From the NCBI GenBank assembly GCA_037447605.1, contig CM074804.1:7417909-7481908 (forward strand): a stretch of 64,000 nucleotides of DNA, in the 5' to 3' direction. Each line of letters opens with the position of its first letter. Within the stretch, counting starts at the first letter, position 1. The notes below the pieces were generated by a model, which was given only the letters and a program-made list of their open reading frames with translations, had not been told where the DNA came from and ran no database searches. The position numbers and the translations under genes are program-made. This document shows, one piece after another, positions 38,501-50,638 of this stretch. This DNA comes from Zygnema circumcarinatum SAG 698-1b. Taxonomy: Eukaryota; Plantae; Zygnematophyceae.

Positions 38501-38725
38501 AGATCCACTTCTGGATAGTCTCCCTGCCGACCTTGACGAATATCGAGAATTCGCCGCCCAACTGCGATGAGAGACACCTTGAAGCCTGCTTCCCAGCAGC
38601 ATGCATGCATGCGCTCTAGCAGAGACGGCGCCTCCGCCGTCTCCGAGCAGCGAATCCCCAACTCGGCAAGCGGCTGCTTCAGGCGCAAGATGCAGGCGTG
38701 CGGAGATCTGTAGAGGGCCTTGCAT
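29594..38725 (-). CDS. SS5: Starch synthase 5-like (non-canonical SS4 relative), multi-exon, retaining GT5 and GT1-like regions
   Basis: Coiled-coil MLYLNKQRLMAVDELQK; LLRIDSMLL; GLHIVQVCTELAPIAQTGSLAPWL; TVYGLPVTLIEALHPSGFF; PDVIHLHNWHTA; GGIVYSNKVTTVS; KYDDAMAHLIVAASD; FSWD near stop 29594-29596. Start at 38725 is inferred from a transit-peptide-like exon. Confidence 0.85.
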
Positions 38726-39561
38726 GGCGGCCCGCTACACTTTCCAGCAGACGAGAACTACTTGAGGGGCAGGCGCTCATGCAGCTTTCTGCTGCAGTGA
38801 GCCGAGGGAGGGAGAGGGACAGGAAGTGGGAGAGGGAGGGACAGAAAAAAATGGGAGGAGAGATATTTGGAAAACCGAAAGTGCTCCCAACCAGCAGCAA
38901 ACCGGCGGGAGAAGGGGAAAGACTTTTCGAATTCTCCGCCATGTGCGACGGACGGCGGATATGCGCCCATGAACGCTTCGCGCGTGCGATCTTGCGCAAT
39001 CGGACGGTGGGGACGCGCCGACGGCGGGGGGGAACTGGAACAAGCGGTGGAGAGGGAGCAGGGGCTGCGGGGGGCGGCGCTGATTGGCTGGGGGGGCTGT
39101 CGGCGGCCAATGGGAGGCCGCCAGGAGGAACAAGGGTCGGTGGAGGATCTACCTGCGCGGACCAGCCGAGGGGTTAAATTGGTAGATCCAGGAGTGTTCA
39201 ACGGTAGAGTATGGACTTAAAAAGAGATCAATCTGTTGATCGGGAAATCAACGGTGTCAGGAAAGTGTCGGTAACACGTGCGAAGGGGCGAATGCAAGAA
39301 ACGGGGATCAAGAAATGGAGGTGGATCGTGTCGGCGGTTGGACGGAGCGGGTTCAGCGATCCAGGGCGAGTTTTTTGGGCAAGGAACCGGAACCTGAGGG
39401 GCTGACTGTGGTCGCTCGCCCTTTCGATTGATCGGACGGCGCTGGTTTGCTCCTGCAGTTGAGGAGGAGAGTCGGACCGTCAGATGGGGATGGCAGAGCG
39501 TCCGGTCGACTGCTTTCGTCATGCCGCTTGTCATGTTCATGTTTTGGAACAAGTGGCAGAA

Positions 39562-39741
39562 CATGCACAACATGAACGACATGCTGAACGTGAACGACAA
39601 GCACAACATGAATGACATGCACAACATGTACAACATGCATAACATGAACGACATGCACAACATGAATAACATGAACGACATGCATAACATGTACAACATG
39701 TACAACATGCACAACAAGAACGGCATGCACAACATGGCATA
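39562..39741 (+). repeat. 9-bp minisatellite (CATGHACRA), ~20 units
   Basis: Units CATGCACAA, CATGAACGA and CATGTACAA. One frame reads M-(H/N/Y)-(N/D). Confidence 0.9.
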
Positions 39742-39765
39742 CAACATAGCACGCAGAATTCAGAT

Positions 39766-39804
39766 CGATCTCACGATGGGGACGCCATCAAATTTACATG
39801 GAAA
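39766..39804 (+). mobile_element. Partial copy 4 of the ~130-bp dispersed repeat
   Basis: GATCTCACGATGGGGACGCCATCAAATTTACATGGA matches the repeat core. Confidence 0.65.
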
Positions 39805-40324
39805 AAGGAGAGCCTGTGATCGGAAAGTTTGCAGCGGCTAACACAGCAGAGCACAGTACAACAAAGCACAACGGAGGAGCAACGAGAGGTGTAGTCGGGC
39901 ACGGCGACGCGCACCTGCCCGACCGACCCACTGACTGTGTCTGCTTAAAGCAGGGCAGGGCGAGGGCGAGCCTAGAGTTAGAGCTCGTCCTTGGAGAAGG
40001 GGGAGGGATCAGAGTGTTGGATTGAGTCCTTCCTTCATTGCTTCTTCTGTTTCATCTTTGGAAGACTTCCCTTTCTTAAACATGTTGGACAAGCTCAATC
40101 ATCCAACGCAACAGATCAGCACTCAATACACAGCACACTTAACCCAAAAACTCTTTATTCCAAAATAAACCTGGAGCATAAGCATTATGCTTTTCCATCA
40201 AGGCTCCGTTTGACGGAAAAAAACTTAGAATGCTGTAACCTCATACAGTTCCTTCCTAAAAACCCAGCCGCAAAAAAGCAACATGGTCGAACTACATGAT
40301 CCGTACGATCAAACGTATTGGGAT

Positions 40325-42359
40325 TCACAACTCCTTGTTAGCACTTGACACGTGTGACTCCGTCCATACAGTTCTGTACATTGCGTCGCACAAAGGATCC
40401 GTACAGCCCATGTCCGCTTGTACGGATTTCAACACAGAGCCGTACAGACTCCCCTTGCCGAAGGGCCGTCCGGGCAGCAGCCGCCGGAAATCGGAGAGGG
40501 CGCTGATGTCAAAGCCGTTGCGAATAAGGGGCGGGAAAAAAAAGAGTTGGCTTATTATGAGCAGAGAAGTGACTGTCAAGGGGACGGTCAGCAGCTTAGG
40601 CAAGGGTTGCCGCCCACTTCGCACCCATGCCTTTTTCAGCCATACTTCAAGGACCACCAATACTCCATGAAGAGAGAAGAAGGCGAACCATTCCATAGTC
40701 AATCCTTCAAAACGTCCAATGCAGGTATAGATAATCAGCTCGTGCATTGCACCCGAGACCATGAAGGTGACCAGAGTCGCAATGGCGCTGCTGACATGCT
40801 TGGGAAAAGGGGTAGCTCTTAGGAGGTATTCTCTGACTGGAGTGTAGGCAGCTTCACGGAGCAGCTGCCCTGCAACAAGGTTCCACCGACGGCTCCAAAA
40901 GTCCTGAAGCAGCAAACCACCAACGGAAAAAATGAGCATAGATGAGGTGAGGCTGGAGTGCCTGTTCATTTCAGGTCTTTGTAAGTGTAGCTCCAGCGCA
41001 CTTAGGAGGGGATGAGAAGTAGGCGAACTCTCAAATAAGCAAATAAAGCACAACATAAGGAGAAACAGTCCCAAAAACTGCTTTTCTCCTTAAATGACAA
41101 CTTTTTGTTCGGACAGGCACTTCCGCTGATTCTTTGAATATGAACATATCTTCAGGCTCACTGCCCTTTCGTTTGAGTTACTATATACCTGAATGGAGGA
41201 TGAAAGGTAGGGTCGCTTGAAATGAGGCGCGAATGAAAGTCCCATACTGCCCTTCAACAGGGCTGCCGATCCGTTAAACATGAACAACATGAAATTGTAC
41301 AGAATGAGGGAATAAATAAAAATCAAGAGAACTTGCGGCATGACGGGCCGTAGATCAGTGAGGTAAACAAGGGCGAAAAATAAAAGGAGGCTTCCAAACG
41401 ATTGCAAGGCCAAGATCTGCCATGAAGCTTCCGATCCGGGACTCTCCTTTCGCAGATTCTCCACTTGACTATTGTTCTCGGTTTTATGTTGCTTTTCTTC
41501 CACGACCTCACTGACCAAACCACCATTTCCACGATCTATGTCTTTCCCAATGCTTCGTGAAATGGTGGAATTCTTCTCCAGGCAATCTTCTTTCCTTATC
41601 TCAGGTGTATTCTTCTCCTGTGTGCTTGATATCACTATAGGAAGGACCAAGGCCGCACAAAACTGAATGAACGCTGCAACCTTCTTCGCTGCAGTATCTG
41701 CCTTTGATTTCGACTCCACCGTATTGACATATGCCAAAGGGCCGCGGCCCCAACACAACGCCAAGACCTGCGAAGGGAAGCAGCTTGAGATTCAACGAAA
41801 GCAGCTTCCGATAACTCATGCAAGACACCAGGAGGAAGCACTTGGATTCAAGCCTGCACACGTCTAAGAAAAAGAAGCGAAGCTATGTTCGGGTAATTGG
41901 AGAAGAGAGGCTTTTGACCAAAAAACAACCATTTCGCTAGGGAATCAATGCACAACTTCACAACTTTGATAGAAAAATAACAAATTTAGTATTCTGAACG
42001 CAAATACAATCATGCAGGCAAGGGTAATGCATTAAGGTACTACATGCAGACAAACATAACAACAGGGGGAAAAGCCCAAACAACAGGCATGTGAGTAGTG
42101 AGAAACATATACAAACTGTGAAGTTGGCCCACCACGAAAAGAAGGTGGATAAGGTCAGAGAAGCCGTTGCATATTCTCTGGGATCGAGGAACCATGGCAC
42201 TGCCACGTGCGCCACGAAGACTGGGAATGCTGCAAGGAGACGAGCGACGCCCTCAGGCTGCTCTGCCACCACATACAGCGTGTAGACAGCAGTGGAGAAG
42301 AGTAGGACAGAGATGAGCAGCCATGGATCGGACAAGCTCAAACTTTCAAGTAACTGCAT
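40325..42359 (-). CDS. MBOAT-family long-chain-alcohol O-fatty-acyltransferase (wax ester synthase / acyl-CoA sterol acyltransferase-like), 3 exons (~42359-42117, 41767-41189, 40903-40325)
   Basis: Hydrophobic protein with APHFKRPYLSSSIQ/DFWSRRWNL, TFMVSGAMHELI (catalytic His) and FFSLHG. Confidence 0.9.
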
Positions 42360-42980
42360 TGTAGAATCCTGCAAAATTTTGAATGTAGTTTACGTCGAGC
42401 AGGAGAAACGCTATGAATTGCGGGCGCTCCTGCATTAGCACATCCTGCAAAGATATCCTATCTCTTGTGAAGAAGGCTCGCGCTCTCGCGCTCTCTCACT
42501 CCCTCTCCCTCGCCCTCTCCCACTCGCTCTCACAGGAGGCAGGACCGCGCTGGAGAGGACCCGGACTGCATTCTCACCAGGGTCTCGTCAGTGACCGAAA
42601 AACCAGAAACCAGAAACCAGAAACCGACGGAAAACTCGGTTTGTGGATAAGGACGATTTTGACGTGTTGATTTGTTTTGAGGGCAGTCAACGATGTGGAC
42701 TCAAGGATCCACATATGGATCAACTGAGGTGACTTTGGGCCCAAGTTGACCCTTTCTAGTGGATACTAGATCCGTCAGTTGTTTGTCTCCTTGGCGCCAT
42801 GTTCCATGTGATACCACTGGTCCGTTTTCGTGAAGGCGTTCGTGATGCGGCTTCCAGTTCCGTAAGAGAAACGGGGACGGGGCCGGGGGAATAGTGGGGG
42901 AGGGGGGGAGAGAGACGAGAGGGGCGGAGAGAGAGGGGGGAGAGGGAGACGGAAGAGTGGGAGGGGGAGAGGGAGGGGAA

Positions 42981-44339
42981 ATGGAGGGCAGGGCAGAGAC
43001 AGCAGGCGGCGGAAAGGCGGAGTCTATGGGCAAAGTGACTCCGAAAGGCAGCGCAGGAGAGCGGGAGGTAGAGGAGGAGGTTTGCGTTGTGAAGGTGGAG
43101 GACGAGGATCAGGTCAATGCCGGGAGGGGAGGGATGCTGACATGGCAAAGGAGATGGAGGCATTCGCTTAAAGGTGTATAAGGCGGGGCATTGTAACGGA
43201 GGGATTCTGTTTGTGAAACACTGATATGGAATCGACAATTCATAGTTCAGTCACATGTCCCCTGCTACCTTTTTGATGTATGCGCATTGCGAAAGGATGT
43301 CTGTCTTTTCTTGAATGTTAATGACGAACGTGAACATCCAAATCCTTAAACGGGGGCAATAGTTGGCGGAGAAGGGAAGGGAGAAGCAGGTACTTATAAG
43401 TTGTGAGCTGTAGGTCGTGAGTGAAGCTGGCAGCAAACATTTCATGAGGGAGCCATAACAAGATTTTCATCATACATGTCACCTTGAAATCTTCAAAAAT
43501 GGAACCCCGTTTTCATCGCATTACAGCATTCGTTCATACATAACAGGGATCTCATCCAATGATTCATTCAATTGATGATCTGTTGGCGAGTGAATGTGTG
43601 CATGCAGCTCAGATCCTATATGAAAGTTCGACATGAGGTTTTTACCGTTGGCCAGGGAGTAACCCTCGAACAAGAGATCGATGAATATGACGGAGGAGGT
43701 TTCGACATAGTGAGAGCGAACGAGAAAGCCGTCCACTTCCTCGCCCTAGTGAACGGGGAACCAGCTGGCGCAGGTGCGAACAGAAACTTCCAGAAGACCA
43801 TCTTTGCTATTTCATCGCTCTTTTGTGGAACGAAACCGGTTCTCAAATGCCCCTTCCTTGCAAGCTCTTGCTGTCAGGCCCACAGGCCCTCCTGCCCTCA
43901 CATTTGGTGGCAGTTTTTTACCTCAGGCCGCCTGCTACTGATGTCTGGCGAGGTCTGCAAGGCGGGGCGCATCGCCACTCTCCCACGGTTCCGGCGAAGG
44001 GGAGTGGCTCACGCAGTTATGGCAGCAATCCATGTAAGCAGCAGCGAAACCCTCCCCTATTAGACCCGCGTGGTTGCACGCTCGTCGGCCTCAACATAGA
44101 AATGCTTCTCTCTTTCTTGGAGAAGGCTCCGGACCTCTGCTCATATCCTTTATTACTATTGAGGATGGCTGGTGCAGGCCTTCGCCAGAAGCAGGGGCTA
44201 CGCGGAATGCAAGCTGGCGGCGCAGATGACAGCAGCACGACTCTATTTGGGCCTCGACTACAAAGTAATCAATCCTGGGGAAGTCTTCATGGATGCGGAC
44301 ATGGAGCATCAGTGGATGATCAAGGATTTGAGAAATTAG
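42981..44339 (+). CDS. GNAT N-acetyltransferase, ElaA/YjcF-like, 4 exons
   Basis: VCVVKVEDEDQ/LRSYMKVRHEVFTVGQGVTLEQEIDEYD...HFLALVNGEPAGA/GRLL...GRIATLPRFRRRGVA/...CKLAAQMTAARLYLGLDYKV...FMDADMEHQWMIKDLRN*. Start could alternatively be 43026. Confidence 0.85.
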
Positions 44340-44777
44340 CCATTTTGGGAGAAGAATAACAGACGCCCTATTCTTTAGTACTGTCATCATATGCGATTTT
44401 TGGCACAGAAAGAGAGCCCGTCAGAAAGCAACATGGGACATGAACTATATCGTTTTCGGCTGTTCAAGGAACTCGTTTAAATGAGCTTATGCTCAAAGAC
44501 TGCTGCAAAGCATAGGACTCGAAAGGCTCAGTGGCACACACAACCATGAAAAGGCTTGAACGAAATACGAAGGTTTCTATTCTATGTACTGTACACATCG
44601 TTGGCTTGGAAAGTACGCCACCTCAACAGCTGTCCAAAGCGTATACATTGTACTGAGTCCGAGGTATCCCTAAGCTGCTGACTGGGGAAAACCTTCTCCT
44701 CCCTCCCCCCATCCCACGGGCTCCCTGAAGCGCCGACTATCGTCAGAGCAACTCTGCCACTCTGCTACGTGATGGTT

Positions 44778-47700
44778 TCACTTAACGCCTATCTCCTGCT
44801 TAGCGTGGGTGAGAGCGCGTTCTACATCGCTTAACTTCTCGATTTCCTTTGTTCCGGCTGGCCAGTTCTCCTTGTACAGTGTCCACATGATGATGCTCAC
44901 CTCATCCCTCAGGGAGGCCGTGACTTCCCCCGGGAGGCCCAACTCATTCTTCACCTTCTTGACCTCCTCTTGAAGCTGAAGAGCGTGAGTCTCCTCTCTC
45001 TGTTGCTCCTCTTCTTGTTGCCTTTGCAGTTCCTTTGATTTCCTTTCCTCCTCCTGCACCTCTTGTTCCCTCTGCTTCTGCCTCAAACTCTCTCGGTCCC
45101 TCTCCTCTTGCTCCTCCTGCACAGCAACCCCCCCATCCCCCGAATCAATCATCAGACATGAGTGCTCCTGCGTTCCACCAAGGCCGCTTGTCTATGAAAC
45201 CAAACCCTTCTTCTTACCACCAACACGACCCTTCAAGTTTTGACATTCTGTCCAGAAAGTTGAGGGAAGCAAGCTCTGATAGAACAACTTCGCCCGTCGT
45301 CCTGGGCTCTTCCTAGAAGGTGGTAGAGCTTACATGGGGCGTCTTCCCGGCTGTGGCTTCGTACGTCTTCCCGTACACCATAGCCGGTGCGACACGCTGC
45401 TGCTCTTTCTGCATAAAAAAGCAAGCTGCTCGCTCTCGTTACTAATAGCAACGAGCGCATTGGATAAGATATAAACACGAGAGCCAATCCATCTACAGTA
45501 CTGGAAGTGACCTGGTTGCAGGCGTCCCTTATCATAGACAGTGGAACAATCTTTCCCGTACATGTACAGAGTGAGAGATCGCTGCAGCAGCAACCTCTAG
45601 GGGGAGCAGTCCAACCGCCGGTGGAATCGAGCGGCGATGGGCTGCCCAGGGTCTTCCCTGCAGAAGTTTACACTAGTTCATGAAGTCCCTCCGCAGCTCG
45701 AAAAGTGGCATGTGACAGCACGCATGTGCGACGGTGTCTAACATTGTCAAACTCAGAACGAAGCACTACAGAGCATTTCATAGAAAGCCGTGTGCAGCAC
45801 AGAAGGAAGGCAAATAGAGTAAGGGCAGTGTCTCAAAGTTGGTGCAACTGCTCTGAAAAGGGAGGCTTCTTGCACCAGCTGCAATGGAGCTGCGCATGCG
45901 TTTACCCGCCCAAAAGCACTCGTATCGCTGCCAATTGAGCCTTGAACGAACAAGGAAACGGTTGTAGTATCATCTGATCTTTTCCTCTGCCTTGAAAGTA
46001 CATACTGTTTAAAAGTTGCAAAAAGTCCTTCACCTCCTTTTCCTACCTTTTCACGCCATCCGTTGCCATCTGGCATGGCGGTCTGACTTTACCTTGGATA
46101 GTCTCTCCTCCGTGATTTCTTTGGCGCGAGCTGGTTTCAACTTCTGTTCTTCCTCATGGGTCGTCGATATCGGCAACTCTCCAGACTTCCAGTCAGCCGG
46201 AGGAAGCTCCTCTTCCTTTGGTCCTCCCACTGCACTCAGCAAGTACGATGAACAGCCTCTGAGATTGCGAGGAAGCAGAAAAAATCAGGCTGATGCCAGT
46301 AGCAGAGTGTATCAAATTCCCTACTATCTCAGCAGCGCATGTTTCGCTCGCTAAAACCAGTCCCTTTCTCCCACTAGAGAGAAGCTAAACACGGCCTACT
46401 TTTCTTTTCTTCTGACACTATGCCGAGGACAGAATAGGGAACCGCCGATGCAGGTATCGGCCTTGCAGTAGGCCGAGGAGGACCCAGTGGATGTAATATG
46501 CCTCTGAGACACATCTGCACACACGAAAATACCCATGAATACATGAGAAACACACGAATCCTTCCTGGTTCGCAAATAAACATAAAATTCCCGAGGAATT
46601 GCTTCCGAAAGAGTCTCTCGAGTTTCAGTATTTGTCTCCACTTCGGACACTCTTCAATTAAAGGCAGGAAGACGATACAGATGGGGACGGCGCTTACTCG
46701 CATAAACTCGGCCGCGACAAGAGCGGAAACCCATGGAGAAAGAAAGGCCAATCCCAAAGCCCAGCCAGGAAACAAAATCGGAGAGAGCAAAATGACAGCG
46801 GCAGTGGTACCATGTAAGACCCCAAACTGCGCCACCAAAACGAACGTCCCCGGGGGTACAATCAGCATAGAATTTAACACTAGTTTCTATCGAGCCTTTG
46901 GGGGGGGGGGGGGGGGNNNNNNNNNNGGGGGGGGGGGGGGGGGGGGGGGCTCTCCACCCTCTTTAAGTGGAAGCCAATCACTTTCTGCCACATTCACAGA
47001 TTTGACGACGAGGCATGCTGTGATTGCTCCAATATAGACAAAAGTACACTTAAACAGTCCCACACAGAGCTTTCAACTCAGCGAAACAAAATGATACGTG
47101 TCAGACGGAGGATTTCATATAAAACAAGAAGCATATAAGTTGACAGACAGAGAAAATTATTTGACGGGAAAGCTCAACTAAAATTGGAAGTGTGTTAGCA
47201 CCACAGCTAGGCAGGAAAATTTGCTCACAAAGAATATCAAACATAACAAACCGCTACTTAAAAATAAAATAAAAAGGTAATTTCGTCTCACACATCTTCA
47301 AACATATGTAGGGCAATGGCGAGCAGGCCATGGCCAGTAAACACACTTATCGTTACAGAACAAGCAGCAGTGCACAACGTGCAGAAATTCCTGACTCACC
47401 AACACCGCCCGCTTCGCAAAAGCATACAACTCTTCAATCATCTTCGCTTCCGGCCTGAAGTGAGAAACAAAGTTTTCTGGAAAGAAGATAGAGAAGACGA
47501 AGCGGAAAATATCACTTGGATCTTCTTCGATGAGACAGAACAGCTATCATCCTTACCGAAGGTTCCAGAATTTTCTGAAATGACTAACGCTTTAACACCT
47601 CCATATAATGCAGTGCGACGGCCCTTGTCCAGAAATTCCCTCGGCCAGACCCTTCCAAGGTCCAGAGTCTCCCACCTGTTGCCACGTTGCATTTTTGTGC

Positions 47701-47900
47701 ATGGCAGAGAGGGCGGCAGCTCTTCTCCTGAACAGTGGTGACAGGGCGACATGGCATGGTGCCCTATAGAAGATTCCGTCGATCCACGGAGTGCTGCCAG
47801 CAGCGCGCAGCGATGCATGCCGCCATGTGGCCTTGCAGCTGCGGCAGCAAGCCCATGGCTGCCGCTGACGGGGAGGCGGCCATGCAGGGAGGGCCGCCCT
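44778..47900 (-). CDS. Unidentified multi-exon gene with a Glu/Gln-rich coiled-coil C-terminal exon; exon structure and start uncertain
   Basis: Terminal exon EEQEERDRESLRQKQREQ...HAKQEIGVK* follows a good acceptor. Further AG/GT-bounded open segments at ~45330-45410, 46110-46260, 46410-46520 and 47395-47455. No family recognised. Confidence 0.45.
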
Positions 47901-48817
47901 CTGCATTCGCGGGACACGGCTTGGCCGCACACCTATATGGCGAAGCATCGTCCAATCGTCACTTGCCACGTACACGACATTCTCCACGTGGCAATCCGCC
48001 ATTGGAGATGTTCCACCATGTTTTTTGTATGTGGAATGAATGAATGGTTCGTGACTGTGAATGCATGCATTTGTTGAAATAAAGGTGACGGTTCATATCA
48101 TATCCATGAGAATGTCATCTTGGTCCGCATGACGACTGTGAGGGGGGTCGATGAGAGAGGGACGGTCACACGTCAAGTCGCAAATTTCAAAAAGATCTTG
48201 GACGAATGGAAATTGGCCCTCCCTCTCTTTGTTTTGCACAAGGAAGGAAGAACGCCATGCCCTCCACAACCATCATAAAGCCTCTCCGTCGCCATGCGCG
48301 AGCTGTTTTGTTAGAAATCAAGTGGTTTGGCTGTACCTCCTGGCTAGACAATCTGCATTACCACTTCACCAATGAGAAAATGGCTCAATAAAATGCATAA
48401 ACACACCACACTTTTGACCCTAAACCTCATGAAGAGATTAGCCAACAACGCCTCTCCCTCCCTGTCTCCCTTCGTCTCCCCCCTCTCTCTCCCGTCTCTT
48501 TCCCTTCCTCTCTCTCTCCCTTCCTGCCCTCCCTCCCAGAGGCGTGGGTGGGAGGGGCCCACTCATGCAGAGGCAGGCGCGCTATTTTTCTCCCTTCATA
48601 GTTTCGTTCCACCTCAAAGCCAAAGCGACCACACCGAACGAGGCTCCGGATTTCGCCGGCAGCCTGCCGGCCGGCGCCGTCGCTCACAGTTTGCATGGAC
48701 CGTACTACCGTACGGATTTTTTTTACCGGCCGGCAAATAAAAGTTGACGGCCGTCAGGCGTTTCATTCCCACTCAGGGGGGTGCGTGGGGGAGGCGGAAG
48801 GGGAGAGAGGGGCAGCC

Positions 48818-49117
48818 ATGGCGGCAGGGGCAGGAAGGGCGGCAGCCTCGCAGGCTTTGTCTCTGTACAGAGCGCTGCTTCGCACGGGGAGGAGCTTCAA
48901 GAGCTACAACGTTAGGGAGTACGTCCTTCGCAGGAGCAGGGAGGGGTTCAGGAAGAACAGGGAGCTCGCAGACGAGGCATCCATGGCTGCTGCCTTGGAA
49001 GACGGCTGGAAGCAGCTTGAAGTCGCGAGGAGGCAGGTGCAGGTGTATGCGCTGTACGCTCCATCAATGAAGTCCATCATGGACGTGCAGCTAAAGCCTT
49101 TCTCGGCAGCTCAGTGA
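48818..49117 (+). CDS. ISD11: LYR-motif protein 4 / ISD11 (mitochondrial Fe-S cluster assembly), intronless
   Basis: ALSLYRALLRTGRSFKSYNVREYVLRRSREGFRKN...LEVARRQVQVYALYAP. Confidence 0.9.
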   Translation: MAAGAGRAAASQALSLYRALLRTGRSFKSYNVREYVLRRSREGFRKNRELADEASMAAALEDGWKQLEVARRQVQVYALYAPSMKSIMDVQLKPFSAAQ

Positions 49118-50638
49118 GAGCTCAGTGAGCTGGATTCAAGAGCAGGCGCAGGCTATTGAAATTTAGGGCACGCAATTTTTATGTTTTTTGATGAAAAAGA
49201 GAGAATAACTCCTGCTCTAGAGGCTGGTTCGTGAACCAAAGCAGGAGCTACTTAGTTACTCACCGGAGAATCAGAAACCATTCAACGGCTTGTATTTCAA
49301 CTCCCACGAGGTACTATACATCATCCTTTTTGAAACTGAGATTTCCTGTTAGGAAGAATTCGAGTTAGTCCGACGGAGAAAGTTGTTCAGGAGGCTGAGG
49401 ATGAAAGAAGTGGATGCTCTGGGCTCTGGGGCTCCTAGCAGGCAGCTATTGCTTAGACAGTAATGGGAATTCTGTTAAAGTCTGCAATTGATCGTTGAGG
49501 TCCGCGAGAGTTTTGTTGTACAAGGAGAGTTCGCAAAAATGCTTCGAGCTGTCGCTTGCGATAGTACTAGAAATAAGACCATGACCAAGCGAGGATCAGA
49601 TAGCCGGTCTCTGTTCTTGAACAGTCAAAAAGCAAAAAAATAGAAGCCATGTGCACATGTTGCGTTTTCTCGCACGAACTTTTGTGGTTGTGAAAGAGAG
49701 AGGAAATCGTTTCTTTATCCTCGTGACCTGTTTTCCAAGCGGTCGGGATTCTTGGCTGCAATATAGCAGAGAATGGTATGTGAAACTGTAGCTACTGTAC
49801 TCAGTGGTTGGCTCCAGCATAGCCTGGCTTGCTAATTGAAGCCTTCACTCTTTGTAGATGAAAAATTGCAAAACATTTTGAGTCTCTTTGCGTTGAGCAT
49901 AAAGCCCTTCTTCTGAGAGGGAACTGACTGCTTTCCAGGGGCTCGCCTTTTCCTTTCCTTCTTCTCGCATGTCCTCAATTCACCTGTCGGCACTTTGAAT
50001 GCTTAAAACTGCAAGTGAATTCCGAGGTCTCATACTGAGCGCACACGATAGTGCATGCTAACAACATGGTTTTTAAACCATAAGAAAGAGTAACGTATCA
50101 AAAAGGCTAGTCGAGCAAAAGCCTATGCATATCTATATGACAATCAATTCCTGCCAAACACATTCAAGGCTTCCACACTCGTATTGGCTAAAAAGGAGTG
50201 CAGAAGCCTAATCTTGGCTGCACAAGAGCTCGTCGTCAATGCCTTCACATAGTATCTCTTGTCGATCACCTAATTACTAATTTGCATACTTCATTTCCAA
50301 TGGTGGAGGATCACAAAACGATAAACTCTGTAGTGGCTACCAAAAAGATACTGACGAAAACTCCTGAAGCAGTACTCGTACGGAGACAGCGAAGAAGCCG
50401 GCTGCTTTGGCAGAGAGAATGCCGTCAAATAGTATTGCAAGAGCTGGCCATTGTAAGCCCTTCTATAATGAGCTTCCCAAGTTCCACATCGACGAGAATG
50501 CGGAAACTCTGCATTCAAGACAGGTCCCACTGCATGAGTTACACCTCAAAACTAGCTACTACCGGGCACCACCCCAAATTCACACCCACCTGAAAGGGAT
50601 ACTTTGTTGCATACCTCCTTGAGGAACAGTGGCAGCAT

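Noticed and set aside
3986-42359. Idea of a phosphate/carbon-storage gene cluster (PEPC, PstS, SS5, wax synthase)
   Set aside because: The genes are interleaved with unrelated housekeeping genes in mixed orientation; no shared motif was seen to support co-regulation.
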